Assembly: GCA_963667785.2 (NCBI GenBank)
Contig: CAXXMU010000008.1
Span: 1-64,000, forward strand
Origin: Alphaproteobacteria bacterium
GTDB taxonomy: Bacteria > Pseudomonadota > Alphaproteobacteria > UBA828
Length of the DNA stretch: 64,000 nucleotides
Direction: 5' to 3'
Every line of letters starts with the position of its first letter. Positions within the stretch are counted from its first letter, which is position 1. Position numbers and translations under genes: made by a program. Shown piece by piece: positions 39,273-48,274 of the stretch. Under the pieces are notes generated by a model, which was not told the origin of the DNA, ran no database searches, and saw nothing but the letters and a program-made list of their open reading frames with translations.

Positions 39273-40316
39273 TCAGCCGTAGCGGTAGGGCCGGCCCGCC
39301 TTCTCCATGTCCGCGTTGTACTGCTTGAAGATCTCGACCACCTTGGCCTTGGTCTCGGATTCGGCCGCGATCTCGTCCCAGAAGACGCGCGCGGCGGCCT
39401 CCACCTGGGCCCATTCCTCGTCGGGGATCGAGGTCAGCTCCATCTTGGTGCCGTGGACGCGCAGGCTCGCCTCGCCGCCCCAGTACCACCACTGGCGATA
39501 GTAGTGGGACTGATCGCCGATGACCCGCAGAAGGGTCTGGAGATCCTCGGGAAGCTCGTTCCAGCGCTCCATGTTGGCGTAGAACGAGCCGATCCAGGCG
39601 CCGGAGATGTTGTTGGTGAGGAAGTAGTTGGTCACGTCGGCCCAGCCCACCGTGTAATCCTCGGTGATGCCCGACCAGGAGACGCCGTCGAGCTCGCCGG
39701 TCTGCACCGCGACCTCGATGTCCTCCCAGGGCAGCGTGACCGGAACCACGCCGAACTGGGTCAGGAAGCGGCCCGCGGTTGGGAAGGTGAAGACGCGCTT
39801 CCCCTCCAGGTCGGCGAGCGAGCGGATCGGGTCCTTGGTCGCGAAGTGGCAGGGATCCCAGGCGCCCGCCGAGATGTGCTTGATGCCGACCTTCTCGTAC
39901 TCCGCCGCCCAGATTTCGTTCAGGCCGTACTGGTTGAAGAGCACCGGCACGTCGAGCGAATAGCGCGAGGCGAACGGGAAGTAGCCGCCGAACACGGTGA
40001 CCTCGGTGGGCGAGGCCATCGAATCGTCGTCGGACTGCACCGCATCGATGGTGCCGCGCTGCATGGCGCGGAAGAGCTCGCCCGTCGGCACGATCTGGTC
40101 GGAATAGAAGAGCTCGATCTGCATGCGCTCGCCCGCGATCTTGTTGAACATGTCGATCGCGGGCTTGATCACGTGCTCGGCCAGCGCGGGCCCGGCATAG
40201 GTCTGCATCCGCCAGGTGATCTGCGCCTGCGCCACCGCGGGCGTCGTCAGGGCAGCACCGGCAGCGACGGCCGGTACGGCGGCCGCCGCCTTGAGGAGAT
40301 TGCGCCGTGTGGTCAT
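39273..40316 (-). CDS. TRAP transporter substrate-binding protein (DctP, TakP-like) with Tat signal
   Basis: TRRNLLK, WRMQTY, IRSLADLEGKR, QTGELDG. Confidence 0.92.
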   Translation of the reverse strand: MTTRRNLLKAAAAVPAVAAGAALTTPAVAQAQITWRMQTYAGPALAEHVIKPAIDMFNKIAGERMQIELFYSDQIVPTGELFRAMQRGTIDAVQSDDDSMASPTEVTVFGGYFPFASRYSLDVPVLFNQYGLNEIWAAEYEKVGIKHISAGAWDPCHFATKDPIRSLADLEGKRVFTFPTAGRFLTQFGVVPVTLPWEDIEVAVQTGELDGVSWSGITEDYTVGWADVTNYFLTNNISGAWIGSFYANMERWNELPEDLQTLLRVIGDQSHYYRQWWYWGGEASLRVHGTKMELTSIPDEEWAQVEAAARVFWDEIAAESETKAKVVEIFKQYNADMEKAGRPYRYG

Positions 40317-40363
40317 TGAGTCGTCTCCTTTCGGGTTGAGGCGAGAGAAAGCCCCGTTGCGTC

Positions 40364-41689
40364 TCAGTTGCCGTAGACATAGCCCGGAAACCACAGGGCG
40401 ATTTCCGGGAACACCATGATGATGACGAGTGCCACAATCATCACGCCGACGAAGGGAATGATGGAGCGATAAATGTCGCGCAAGGTTATTTCTGGAGGCG
40501 CCATGGCGCGCATGAGGAAGAGGTTGTAGCCGAAGGGCGGCGTCATGTAGGCGATTTGCGTGGTGATGGTGTAGAGGACGCCGTACCAGATCAGGTTGAA
40601 TCCCAACGCGTCGACGAGAGGGACATAGAGGGGGGCGACGATCACCAGCATCGCCGTGTCGTCGAGAAACGTTCCCATCACCAGGAACGAGAGCTGCATC
40701 AGCACGAGTACCATCCAGGGCGAGAGCCCCATCTGCTCGGTGAACACGTCCTCGATCGCGTGCGCGGCCCCCAGCCCGTCGAACACCGAGCCGAAGGCGA
40801 GCGCCGCCAGGATGATCCACATGAACATGCAGGTGATGCGGAGCGTGTTGCGTACCGAGTTCTCGAACACCTGCCTGGTCATGCGCCGGCGCACGATGGC
40901 GGCGAGGAAGGCGGCGAGCGCGCCGATGGCGGACGATTCGACCAGCGAGGTCGAGCCGCTGACGAAGGGCACGATCATCACCGCGTAGATGAAGAGCGGC
41001 AGCAGGCCGGCGCGGAGCAGCCGCATCTTTTCCGGCCAGGGCACGTCGCGCTCGGCCTTGGGCAGAACAGGGCCGAGACTGGGCGTGATCCAGCAGCGCA
41101 GCCAGATGTAGAGGACGAAGAGCCCGGCCATCATGAGCCCGGGGAAGATCCCCGCGAGCCAGAGCTGGCCCACGGGCTGGCGCGCGATCATGGCGTAGAG
41201 CACGAGCACCACCGAGGGCGGCACGAGGATGCCGAGCGAGCTTCCCGCCTGAATGACGCCGGTCACCATGCGCTTGTCGTAGTTGCGCTTGAGCAGCTCG
41301 GGCAGCGCGATGGTCGCGCCGATGGCCATGCCGGCGACGCTCAGCCCGTTCATCGCCGAGACCAGCACCATGAGCCCGATCGTGCCCACGGCAAGCCCGC
41401 CGGCCATGCCGCCCGTCCACACGTGGAACATGCGGTAGAGGTCGTCGGCGATCCTCGATTCCGAGAGCACGTAGCCCATGAAGATGAACATCGGCAGCGT
41501 GAGCAGCGGGTACCATTTCATGAGCTTCATGGCGGCGGCGAAGCCCAGGTCGTAACCGCCCCGGTCGCCCCAGAGGAGCAGCGCGGAAAGGACCGCGACG
41601 AAGCCGATCGCGGCGAAGACGCGCTGGCCCGTGGCCAGCATGAGCATCATCAGCGCGAACATCAGGACGGTGATCATCTCGTAGGACAT
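40364..41689 (-). CDS. TRAP transporter large permease (DctM)
   Basis: TLPMFIFMG, GSSLGILVPPS, MTPPFGYNLF. Confidence 0.93.
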   Translation of the reverse strand: MSYEMITVLMFALMMLMLATGQRVFAAIGFVAVLSALLLWGDRGGYDLGFAAAMKLMKWYPLLTLPMFIFMGYVLSESRIADDLYRMFHVWTGGMAGGLAVGTIGLMVLVSAMNGLSVAGMAIGATIALPELLKRNYDKRMVTGVIQAGSSLGILVPPSVVLVLYAMIARQPVGQLWLAGIFPGLMMAGLFVLYIWLRCWITPSLGPVLPKAERDVPWPEKMRLLRAGLLPLFIYAVMIVPFVSGSTSLVESSAIGALAAFLAAIVRRRMTRQVFENSVRNTLRITCMFMWIILAALAFGSVFDGLGAAHAIEDVFTEQMGLSPWMVLVLMQLSFLVMGTFLDDTAMLVIVAPLYVPLVDALGFNLIWYGVLYTITTQIAYMTPPFGYNLFLMRAMAPPEITLRDIYRSIIPFVGVMIVALVIIMVFPEIALWFPGYVYGN

Positions 41690-42198
41690 CACACCGCCTC
41701 GCCGCGAAGCCGCAGCACGTCCTTGAAGAACTCGGAGACCGCCTGGAAGATCATCAGGACGATGCCCGTGACCATGACCACCTTGACCGGCCAGAGATAG
41801 GGCCGCCAGGCGCTCGGGCTGCGCTCGCCGCCGTACTGGAAGCTGTAGATCGTGGAGTCGATTCCGCCCCAGAGAAGAACGGTGAGGTAGAAGAGCAGGA
41901 AGAACACCGTGAAGACGTCGAACCACGCCTTCCGGCGTGCGGACCAGGAGCCGTAGAACAGGTCCATCCGCACGTTCGCATCGGTTTGAACGGCGTAGGG
42001 GCCGCCCAGGATGTAATAGCCCACCATCGCGAACTGGGCCATTTCCAGGGTCCAGAGCGAAGGATTGAAGAACGTCTTCGAGAGCGACGACCAGAGCAGG
42101 ATCGCCATGATCGCGAACATGCCGTACATGATGGTGCGCCCGACACGGCGATTGACCGTGTCGACGACCAGGATGTAGGCGCGCATGGTGCCGGTCAC
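41689..42198 (-). CDS. TRAP transporter small permease (DctQ)
   Basis: Four TM helices, WTLEMAQ, NVRMDLFY, WPVK. Confidence 0.9.
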   Translation of the reverse strand: MTGTMRAYILVVDTVNRRVGRTIMYGMFAIMAILLWSSLSKTFFNPSLWTLEMAQFAMVGYYILGGPYAVQTDANVRMDLFYGSWSARRKAWFDVFTVFFLLFYLTVLLWGGIDSTIYSFQYGGERSPSAWRPYLWPVKVVMVTGIVLMIFQAVSEFFKDVLRLRGEAV

Positions 42199-42490
42199 GG
42201 CGGCGATTCCCTTACCGTGACGCCGCAGCCCTCACGCTGCTCGTCTTCATTGTGCCAGGATCGATATGCTCGAACGGGCAGGCGGCTCTGCTCGGCAGGC
42301 GCGATGGCTGCGGGAGCGGGAGCGGGCGACGCATACCGCTTTCCCTGCTCAACCGGCAACACCGCACGTCTTCCCGCTAACCCCTTCGCCATTCCGCAGG
42401 AATTCCCATCTCCGCGATGAGCATAGCGGATGCGGAATGCTTCTCTAGTCGGAATTTGACCGGGCGCCCGGGGCGGCCCCGGCGCCGCCC

Positions 42491-43207
42491 TCACCGCCGC
42501 CTGTGCTCGTAGACGTTCGCGCGCGGCGTCGCGCCGATGCGTCGTGCCGCGGCCTTCCATGCGGGCCCGTGGCGGGCCTCCGGCCCGGCCAGCGCGTGGG
42601 CGATCTCGTGCAGGATCGTGTCCCTGACCTCGGCCTCGCCGGCATCGAGCGCGTGCCCCCGGCCGATGCGGATCAGGCGGTCCTCGAAGTGGCAGTCGCC
42701 GAGGCGCCGCTCGGCCTCGAGGAAGGCGAAGGTCCACGCGCCGAGCCCGTGCTCGTCCATCAGCCGGCGAGCCATCGCTGCGACCCGCGCGAGCCGTTCC
42801 GCGCCCTGCCGCCCGCTCGCCGCGGGCGCGCCGTCCGCGCCGTCGAGCAGCCGGTAAGGAACGTTCCAGCAGCCCCTGCCGCTCCGCACCCGCGCGCAGG
42901 CCGGGTTGAGCTTCACGATCCGGCCCCGGCGCGGCTCGTCGCGGGCCGTGAACGTCACCCGGTCGCCCTTCCGCCAGCGGGCGCGCGCGGCATCGTCGCG
43001 GGTCACGATCGTGCTGCGGCGGGGGCCGCCCGAAGGCGTGAGCGCCGCCTCCGGCACCTGCCAGAGCCGGTCCGCGCCGTCGATCACCGTGGCGGCGCGG
43101 CGGGGCCCCTGACGCCGAAGGAGGTGGCCCTCGACGGTCCGCCCCCTGCGGGTGAAGCTGACGGCGGTGCCGGCGGCGAGTCGACGCTTCTCCTCGCGGT
43201 CACCCAT
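42491..43207 (-). CDS. SprT-like zinc metalloprotease domain protein with two N-terminal SH3-like repeats
   Basis: C-terminal RRLGDC, DTILHEIAHAL (HExxH), HGPAWK...IGATP; two N-terminal G..V.F...G.I/L...W.VP..L repeats. Confidence 0.82.
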   Translation of the reverse strand: MGDREEKRRLAAGTAVSFTRRGRTVEGHLLRRQGPRRAATVIDGADRLWQVPEAALTPSGGPRRSTIVTRDDAARARWRKGDRVTFTARDEPRRGRIVKLNPACARVRSGRGCWNVPYRLLDGADGAPAASGRQGAERLARVAAMARRLMDEHGLGAWTFAFLEAERRLGDCHFEDRLIRIGRGHALDAGEAEVRDTILHEIAHALAGPEARHGPAWKAAARRIGATPRANVYEHRRR

Positions 43208-43488
43208 TCCCCTTCCTTCGCCCTGTCGGCCGCCGCGTTGGCCGCCGAATCGGTGTCTGCCGCCCGCAGCGACTCGACGCACGAATTCCGGGGATTTCCG
43301 CAGGAAATGCAAGAAACCGCATCGCATGGCGGACGTCGCGGGCGGCATCTCGGCAGGTTCGCACGCGCTGGTCAGGCGTCGTCATGCCGGACCGACGCAT
43401 CCACTTTTCTCAGTGTTACAGGCATCTTTGGTCGAATCGTCTCCACACTGTGAGGCATGCGCCCGACTGTATTGATTGCATTGAAGTA

Positions 43489-43516
43489 TTGACAAAGTAA
43501 GCCCGAGGGCTACAAG
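43489..43516 (+). promoter_or_regulatory. Putative sigma70 promoter of serS (near-leaderless transcript)
   Basis: TTGACA-N16-TACAAG (GCTACAAG) ending 10 nt before the ATG; no Shine-Dalgarno visible. Confidence 0.55.
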
Positions 43517-43526
43517 GCGCGCCGTC

Positions 43527-44795
43527 ATGTTCAGCGCCCGGTGGATTCGCGAAAACAGCACGGCCTTCGACACTGGCCTCGCCCGGCGCGGCCTGGAACC
43601 GCTCGCCCAACATGTAATCTCTCTCGATGCGGCCCGGCGCCAGCTCCTGACCACCGTTCAGCAGCACCAGAGCACGCGCAACCGCATGTCGAAGGAGATC
43701 GGTGCCGCGCGTGTCAGGGGCGAGGACACTGCCGCCCTCGTTGCAGAGGTCGCGGAGTTGAGGGACAGCACCCAGGTACTTGAACGCAAGGCAAAGGAGC
43801 TGGGCGACGAGCTCGACGAGTTGCTTGCCGGCCTCCCCAACCTGCCGGCCGAGGGCGTGCCCGACGGTGCCGACGAGAGCGCCAACCTGGAGATCAGGCG
43901 CTGGGGCGAGCCGCGCAGTGTCGAGGGCGGCGCGCGGCAGCACTACGAGATCGGCGAGGCCCTTGGCTTGATGGACTTCGAGCGGGCGGCGAAGCTCTCG
44001 GGCTCGCGCTTCGTCGTGCTTTCCGGCGCGCTGGCCAGGCTCGAACGCGCGCTCGCCGCCTTCATGCTCGACATGCACACGGCCGAGTTCGGCTACACCG
44101 AGACGGCGCCGCCGCTGCTGGTGCGCGATGCCGCCGCCTTCGGCACCGGCAACCTGCCGAAATTCGAGGAGGACCTGTTCCACACCACCGACGGTTACTG
44201 GCTGATCCCGACGGCCGAGATGCCGCTCACCAACCTCGTTGCCGGCGAAATCCTTGGCGAAGACGCGCTGCCGCTGCGCTTCACCGCCTATACCCCGTGC
44301 TTCCGCGCCGAGGCGGGCGCCGCCGGGAAGGACACGCGGGGCATGCTGCGCCAGCACCAGTTCTCAAAGGTCGAGCTAGTGAGCGTGACCAGGCCAGAGG
44401 AGTCCGACGACGAGCACGAGCGCATGACCGCCTGCGCCGAGGAGGTGCTGCAGCGCCTGGGCCTCGCCTATCGGGTCGTCGTGCTGAGCACGGGTGACAT
44501 GGGCTTCTCGGCGCGCAAGACCTACGACATCGAGGTCTGGCTGCCGGGGCAGGGGCGCTACCGCGAAATCTCGAGCTGCTCCAACTGCGGCGACTTCCAG
44601 GCGCGGCGCATGAACGCCCGCTGCCGCAAGGCCGGCGAGAAGCAGACGCGCTTCGTGCATACGCTGAACGGGTCTGCGCTCGCGGTGGGGCGGACCCTCG
44701 TCGCCGTGCTCGAGACCTATCAGGACGACGGTGGCGCCGTGACCGTGCCCGACGCGCTCCGCCCCTATCTCGGCGGCCTGGAGACGATCGGCTGA
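43527..44795 (+). CDS. serS: Seryl-tRNA synthetase
   Basis: [39 protein letters not shown]. Confidence 0.97.
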   Translation: MFSARWIRENSTAFDTGLARRGLEPLAQHVISLDAARRQLLTTVQQHQSTRNRMSKEIGAARVRGEDTAALVAEVAELRDSTQVLERKAKELGDELDELLAGLPNLPAEGVPDGADESANLEIRRWGEPRSVEGGARQHYEIGEALGLMDFERAAKLSGSRFVVLSGALARLERALAAFMLDMHTAEFGYTETAPPLLVRDAAAFGTGNLPKFEEDLFHTTDGYWLIPTAEMPLTNLVAGEILGEDALPLRFTAYTPCFRAEAGAAGKDTRGMLRQHQFSKVELVSVTRPEESDDEHERMTACAEEVLQRLGLAYRVVVLSTGDMGFSARKTYDIEVWLPGQGRYREISSCSNCGDFQARRMNARCRKAGEKQTRFVHTLNGSALAVGRTLVAVLETYQDDGGAVTVPDALRPYLGGLETIG

Positions 44796-45550
44796 TGCGC
44801 ATCCTCGTCAGCAACGATGACGGCATCGAGGCGCCCGGCATCAAGGTGCTGGAGCGGGTGGCGCGCGGCTTCTCCGACGACGTGTGGACGGTGGCGCCCG
44901 AGACCCAGCAGAGCGCGGCCTCCCACTCGCTCACGCTGCACCGCCCGCTGCGCATTCGCCGCATCTCCAGGCGCCGGCACGCGGTCAACGGCACGCCCAC
45001 CGACTGCGTCTTCCTCGCCTTCAACAAGATCATGGCCGACAGCCCGCCCGATCTGGTGCTCTCCGGCGTCAACGACGGCCCCAATGTCGGCGAGGACGTG
45101 ACCTATTCCGGCACCATTGCCGCGGCGATGGAGGCGACGCTGCTCGGCGCGCCGGCGATCGCGTTCAGCCAGGCCTACGGCGTTGGGCGCAGGCACCACT
45201 GGGCGACCGCCGAGCAATGGGGCGGCCGCCTCCTGCGCACCCTGGTCGGGAGCGGATGGCCCGAGCGCGTGCTCATCAACGTGAACTTCCCCGACCTCGC
45301 GCCTGCCGACGTGCGCGGGATCAGGGTCGCGCGCCAGGGTCTGCACGAGATTGCCGATACGCTGGAGGAGCGCATCGACCCGCGCGGCGCCCCCTACTAC
45401 TGGATCGGCGCGACCCCGCGCGAGGACGGCGCCGGGCAGCGCGGCACCGACATGGTCGCGATCGACGAGGGCTACGTCGCCGTCACCCCGCTGCACATGG
45501 ACCTCACGCACAGGCGGACCCTGTCATGGCTGCGGAAGGTCATCGGATGA
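44795..45550 (+). CDS. surE: 5'/3'-nucleotidase SurE
   Basis: [28 protein letters not shown]. Confidence 0.96.
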   Translation: MRILVSNDDGIEAPGIKVLERVARGFSDDVWTVAPETQQSAASHSLTLHRPLRIRRISRRRHAVNGTPTDCVFLAFNKIMADSPPDLVLSGVNDGPNVGEDVTYSGTIAAAMEATLLGAPAIAFSQAYGVGRRHHWATAEQWGGRLLRTLVGSGWPERVLINVNFPDLAPADVRGIRVARQGLHEIADTLEERIDPRGAPYYWIGATPREDGAGQRGTDMVAIDEGYVAVTPLHMDLTHRRTLSWLRKVIG

Positions 45551-46665
45551 GCGGCGATATCCGCCTGTGCCTCCCGGCCCGGACGCTCGCGGGCGCGGCC
45601 CTGCTCGCCGGCCTGCTGTCTGTCGCGGCCTGTGCGCCGGGGCTGGTCGGCTTCGGCAGCGAGGAGCAGGAGGCGGATGCCGTCGCAGGCGCCACCCCGC
45701 CGGCGAAAGCGGCACCGCTCGAGCTGCCCGTGCGGCGGGCGGCGCCGCAGGAGGAAGCGGCCCTCTACGACCCGGCCCCGCCGCTCCCGCACACGAAGCC
45801 CGGGCGGCTGGTGACGGTCGAGCCCGGCGACACCGTCATCGGCATCGCCCGCCGCTATGGCGTGGCGGCGGACGCGATCATCGCGCTCAACGGGCTGACC
45901 TCTCCCTACTGGCTGCTGGCGGGCACCGGCCTGCGCCTTCCCGAGGACGGGTATCGTCCCGCCGTGCTCAACGGCCGGCGTCCGGAGACGGCGATTCGCG
46001 TCGCGTCGCTGGACGACGGGCCTGCCGGGGACGGGATTCGCATCGCTCCGCTGGATGAACCGCCAACGGCCGTGCCGCCCGCCGCCGCGCCGGCCGCGCA
46101 TTCGCCGTCGCTCGGGACCGTGTCGCCTGCCGGCGGGGCTGGGGACAGCGCGGTGTTGCTCCCTCCGGCGTCGCCGGCCTCTCCGGCCGAGCCCGCCGTG
46201 CAGCTCGCGAGCGCGACGCCGATGCCGGCCCTGCCGCCGCCGCAACGCGGGGCAGGCTTGGGGGACGTGCCGCTCCCGCCCTCGCGCAACTCGTTCCTCT
46301 GGCCCATCGAGGGCCGGGTGATCTCGGGCTTCGGTTCCAAGCCCGGCGGCATGCACAACGACGGAATCAACATCGCCGTGCCGGTCGGCAGCGAGGTCCG
46401 TGCCGCGCAGAGCGGTGTGGTGGCCTATGCCGGTAACGAGCTCAGGGGGTATGGAAACCTCGTGCTCATCCGCCACGGCGACGGCTGGATGACGGCGTAT
46501 GCCCACAACGAGACGCTTCTGGTTGAGAGGGGAGACGAGGTGCGGCGCGGCCAGGTGATCTCGCGTTCGGGCCGGACGGGCCGGGTCTCGCGGCCGCAGT
46601 CCCATTTCGAGATCCGGCGCAACGGCGAGCCGCAGGATCCCCTTCGCCTGCTCACCCGCAAGTAG
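45547..46665 (+). CDS. LysM + M23 peptidase-domain lipoprotein (NlpD-like)
   Basis: Lipobox VAAC, LysM (VEPGDT), FLWP, HNDGINI, YGNLVLIRH, YAHN, HFEIR. Confidence 0.9.
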   Translation: MSGDIRLCLPARTLAGAALLAGLLSVAACAPGLVGFGSEEQEADAVAGATPPAKAAPLELPVRRAAPQEEAALYDPAPPLPHTKPGRLVTVEPGDTVIGIARRYGVAADAIIALNGLTSPYWLLAGTGLRLPEDGYRPAVLNGRRPETAIRVASLDDGPAGDGIRIAPLDEPPTAVPPAAAPAAHSPSLGTVSPAGGAGDSAVLLPPASPASPAEPAVQLASATPMPALPPPQRGAGLGDVPLPPSRNSFLWPIEGRVISGFGSKPGGMHNDGINIAVPVGSEVRAAQSGVVAYAGNELRGYGNLVLIRHGDGWMTAYAHNETLLVERGDEVRRGQVISRSGRTGRVSRPQSHFEIRRNGEPQDPLRLLTRK

Positions 46666-46669
46666 GGGT

Positions 46670-47548
46670 TCAGGCCGGGTCGTCTCCGCCCGGCGTCAGC
46701 CCGACTCCGAGCCGTCCGGCGAGATCCTGCACGAACTGCCAGGCGACCCTGCCCGAGCGGGCGCCGCGGGTCATGCTCCACTCGATCGCCTCGGCGTGCA
46801 GCGTGTCGCGATCGATGGCGAGGCCGAAGTGGTCGGCATAGCCCTCGACCATGGCGAAGAACGTCGCCTGGTCGCAGGGGTGAAAGCCGAGCCAGAGGCC
46901 GAAGCGGTCGGAGAGCGAGACCGATTCCTCCACCGCCTCGCCGGGATGGATGGCGGTGGAGCGCTCGTTGTCGATCATGTCGCGCGGCATCAGGTGGCGG
47001 CGGTTCGAGGTGGCGTAGAAGAGCACGTTGTCGGGCCGGCCGCTGATGCCGCCCTCGAGCGTCGCCTTGAGGGACTTGTAGGTGGTGTCCTCGGAATCGA
47101 AGGAGAGGTCGTCGCAGAAGAGGAGGCAGCGCCTGTCGGAGCCGCGCAGGCGCCCGAGCAGGACCGGCAGGCTGGCGATCTCCTCGCGGTGAATCTCGAT
47201 CAGCTTGAGGTCGTCGGGCGAGTCCGCCGCCACCACGCCGTGCACGGCCTTGATGAGGGAGCTCTTGCCCATGCCGCGCGCGCCCCAGAGCAGCGCATTG
47301 TTGGCGGGCAGGCCGCGGGCGAAGCGCCGCGTGTTGTCCAGCAGGATGTCGCGCACCCGGTCGATGCCCTTGAGCAGCGAGATGTCGAGCCGGTTGATCC
47401 GGTGCACCGCCTCGAGGCGCGCGCCGTCCGCATGCCAGATGAACCCCTCCGCCGAATCGAGCGGCGCGTCCGCCGGGCCTTGCGGCGCGAGTCGCTCCAG
47501 CGCCGCCGCGACGCGCCCGAGGAGAGGCGCCAACTCCGAGTCCGCCAT
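46670..47548 (-). CDS. AAA+ ATP-binding protein (DUF815 family)
   Basis: NNALLWGARGMGKSS, FCDDLSF, YATSNRRH, SLSDRFGL, RSGRVA. Confidence 0.92.
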   Translation of the reverse strand: MADSELAPLLGRVAAALERLAPQGPADAPLDSAEGFIWHADGARLEAVHRINRLDISLLKGIDRVRDILLDNTRRFARGLPANNALLWGARGMGKSSLIKAVHGVVAADSPDDLKLIEIHREEIASLPVLLGRLRGSDRRCLLFCDDLSFDSEDTTYKSLKATLEGGISGRPDNVLFYATSNRRHLMPRDMIDNERSTAIHPGEAVEESVSLSDRFGLWLGFHPCDQATFFAMVEGYADHFGLAIDRDTLHAEAIEWSMTRGARSGRVAWQFVQDLAGRLGVGLTPGGDDPA

Positions 47549-47686
47549 AACCGCTCCGGCTGGTGGGAAAATCGCGGCGACCCTAGCACAGGGATCCGCG
47601 CGCGGCATATTCATGCGGCTTACTCGTTGCCCGCACCCGCGTTTGGGCCTATCGTGCGGCGTTTTTCTGGCCAGGAGTACGAATCC

Positions 47687-48247
47687 ATGGTTGCGACGAA
47701 GTTGGTGAGTGCGCTCGCCAAGGCGGGTGCGCTCGGGCTTGTCCTGATCGCGTTGGCCGGCTGTCCGCCCATGCAGCAGGGCGGGGAGGGCGGCGAAGCC
47801 GGCGGCGGCGACATGCTCATGTCGATCCTGCCGCTCATCCTGATCTTCGTGGTGTTCTACTTCCTGCTGATTCGACCGCAGCAGAGAAAGCAGAAGGCCC
47901 ACCGCGAGATGCTGCATAACGTGAACCGGGGCGACGACATCGTGACCAACGGCGGTCTGGTCGGACACGTCATCAAGGTTGGCCGCGGCGACAGCCTGCT
48001 CGTGGAGATCGCGCCCGACGTGCGCGTCCGGATCAGGCGCAACATGCTCTCCGAGATCATTCCGCGCCACGAGGACCTCGACGACGAGGAGGACGACGAC
48101 GAGGACGAGTTCGACGAGCGCGAGGAAGAGCGCGAGGACGAGCCCCTCGAGGACGAAGAAGACGAAGAGGACGACGACGAGGACTACGAGGACCTCGACG
48201 AGGAGGAGGACGAGGAGGAGGACGAGCGGGATCGACGCCGGCGCTGA
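47687..48247 (+). CDS. yajC: Preprotein translocase subunit YajC with N-terminal lipobox and acidic C-terminal tail
   Basis: FVVFYFLLIRPQQ, GDDIVTNGGLVG, VEIAPDVRV; AGGAG RBS; directly upstream of secD. Confidence 0.92.
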   Translation: MVATKLVSALAKAGALGLVLIALAGCPPMQQGGEGGEAGGGDMLMSILPLILIFVVFYFLLIRPQQRKQKAHREMLHNVNRGDDIVTNGGLVGHVIKVGRGDSLLVEIAPDVRVRIRRNMLSEIIPRHEDLDDEEDDDEDEFDEREEEREDEPLEDEEDEEDDDEDYEDLDEEEDEEEDERDRRRR

Positions 48248-48274
48248 TCGGGTCGCTTCGCTCCCGCGCAGCCC

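Noticed and set aside
42200-42490. Possible riboswitch upstream of the TRAP operon (CATTCCGCA/TGCGGAATG stem)
   Set aside because: No recognisable riboswitch consensus; a single 9-bp stem is insufficient evidence.
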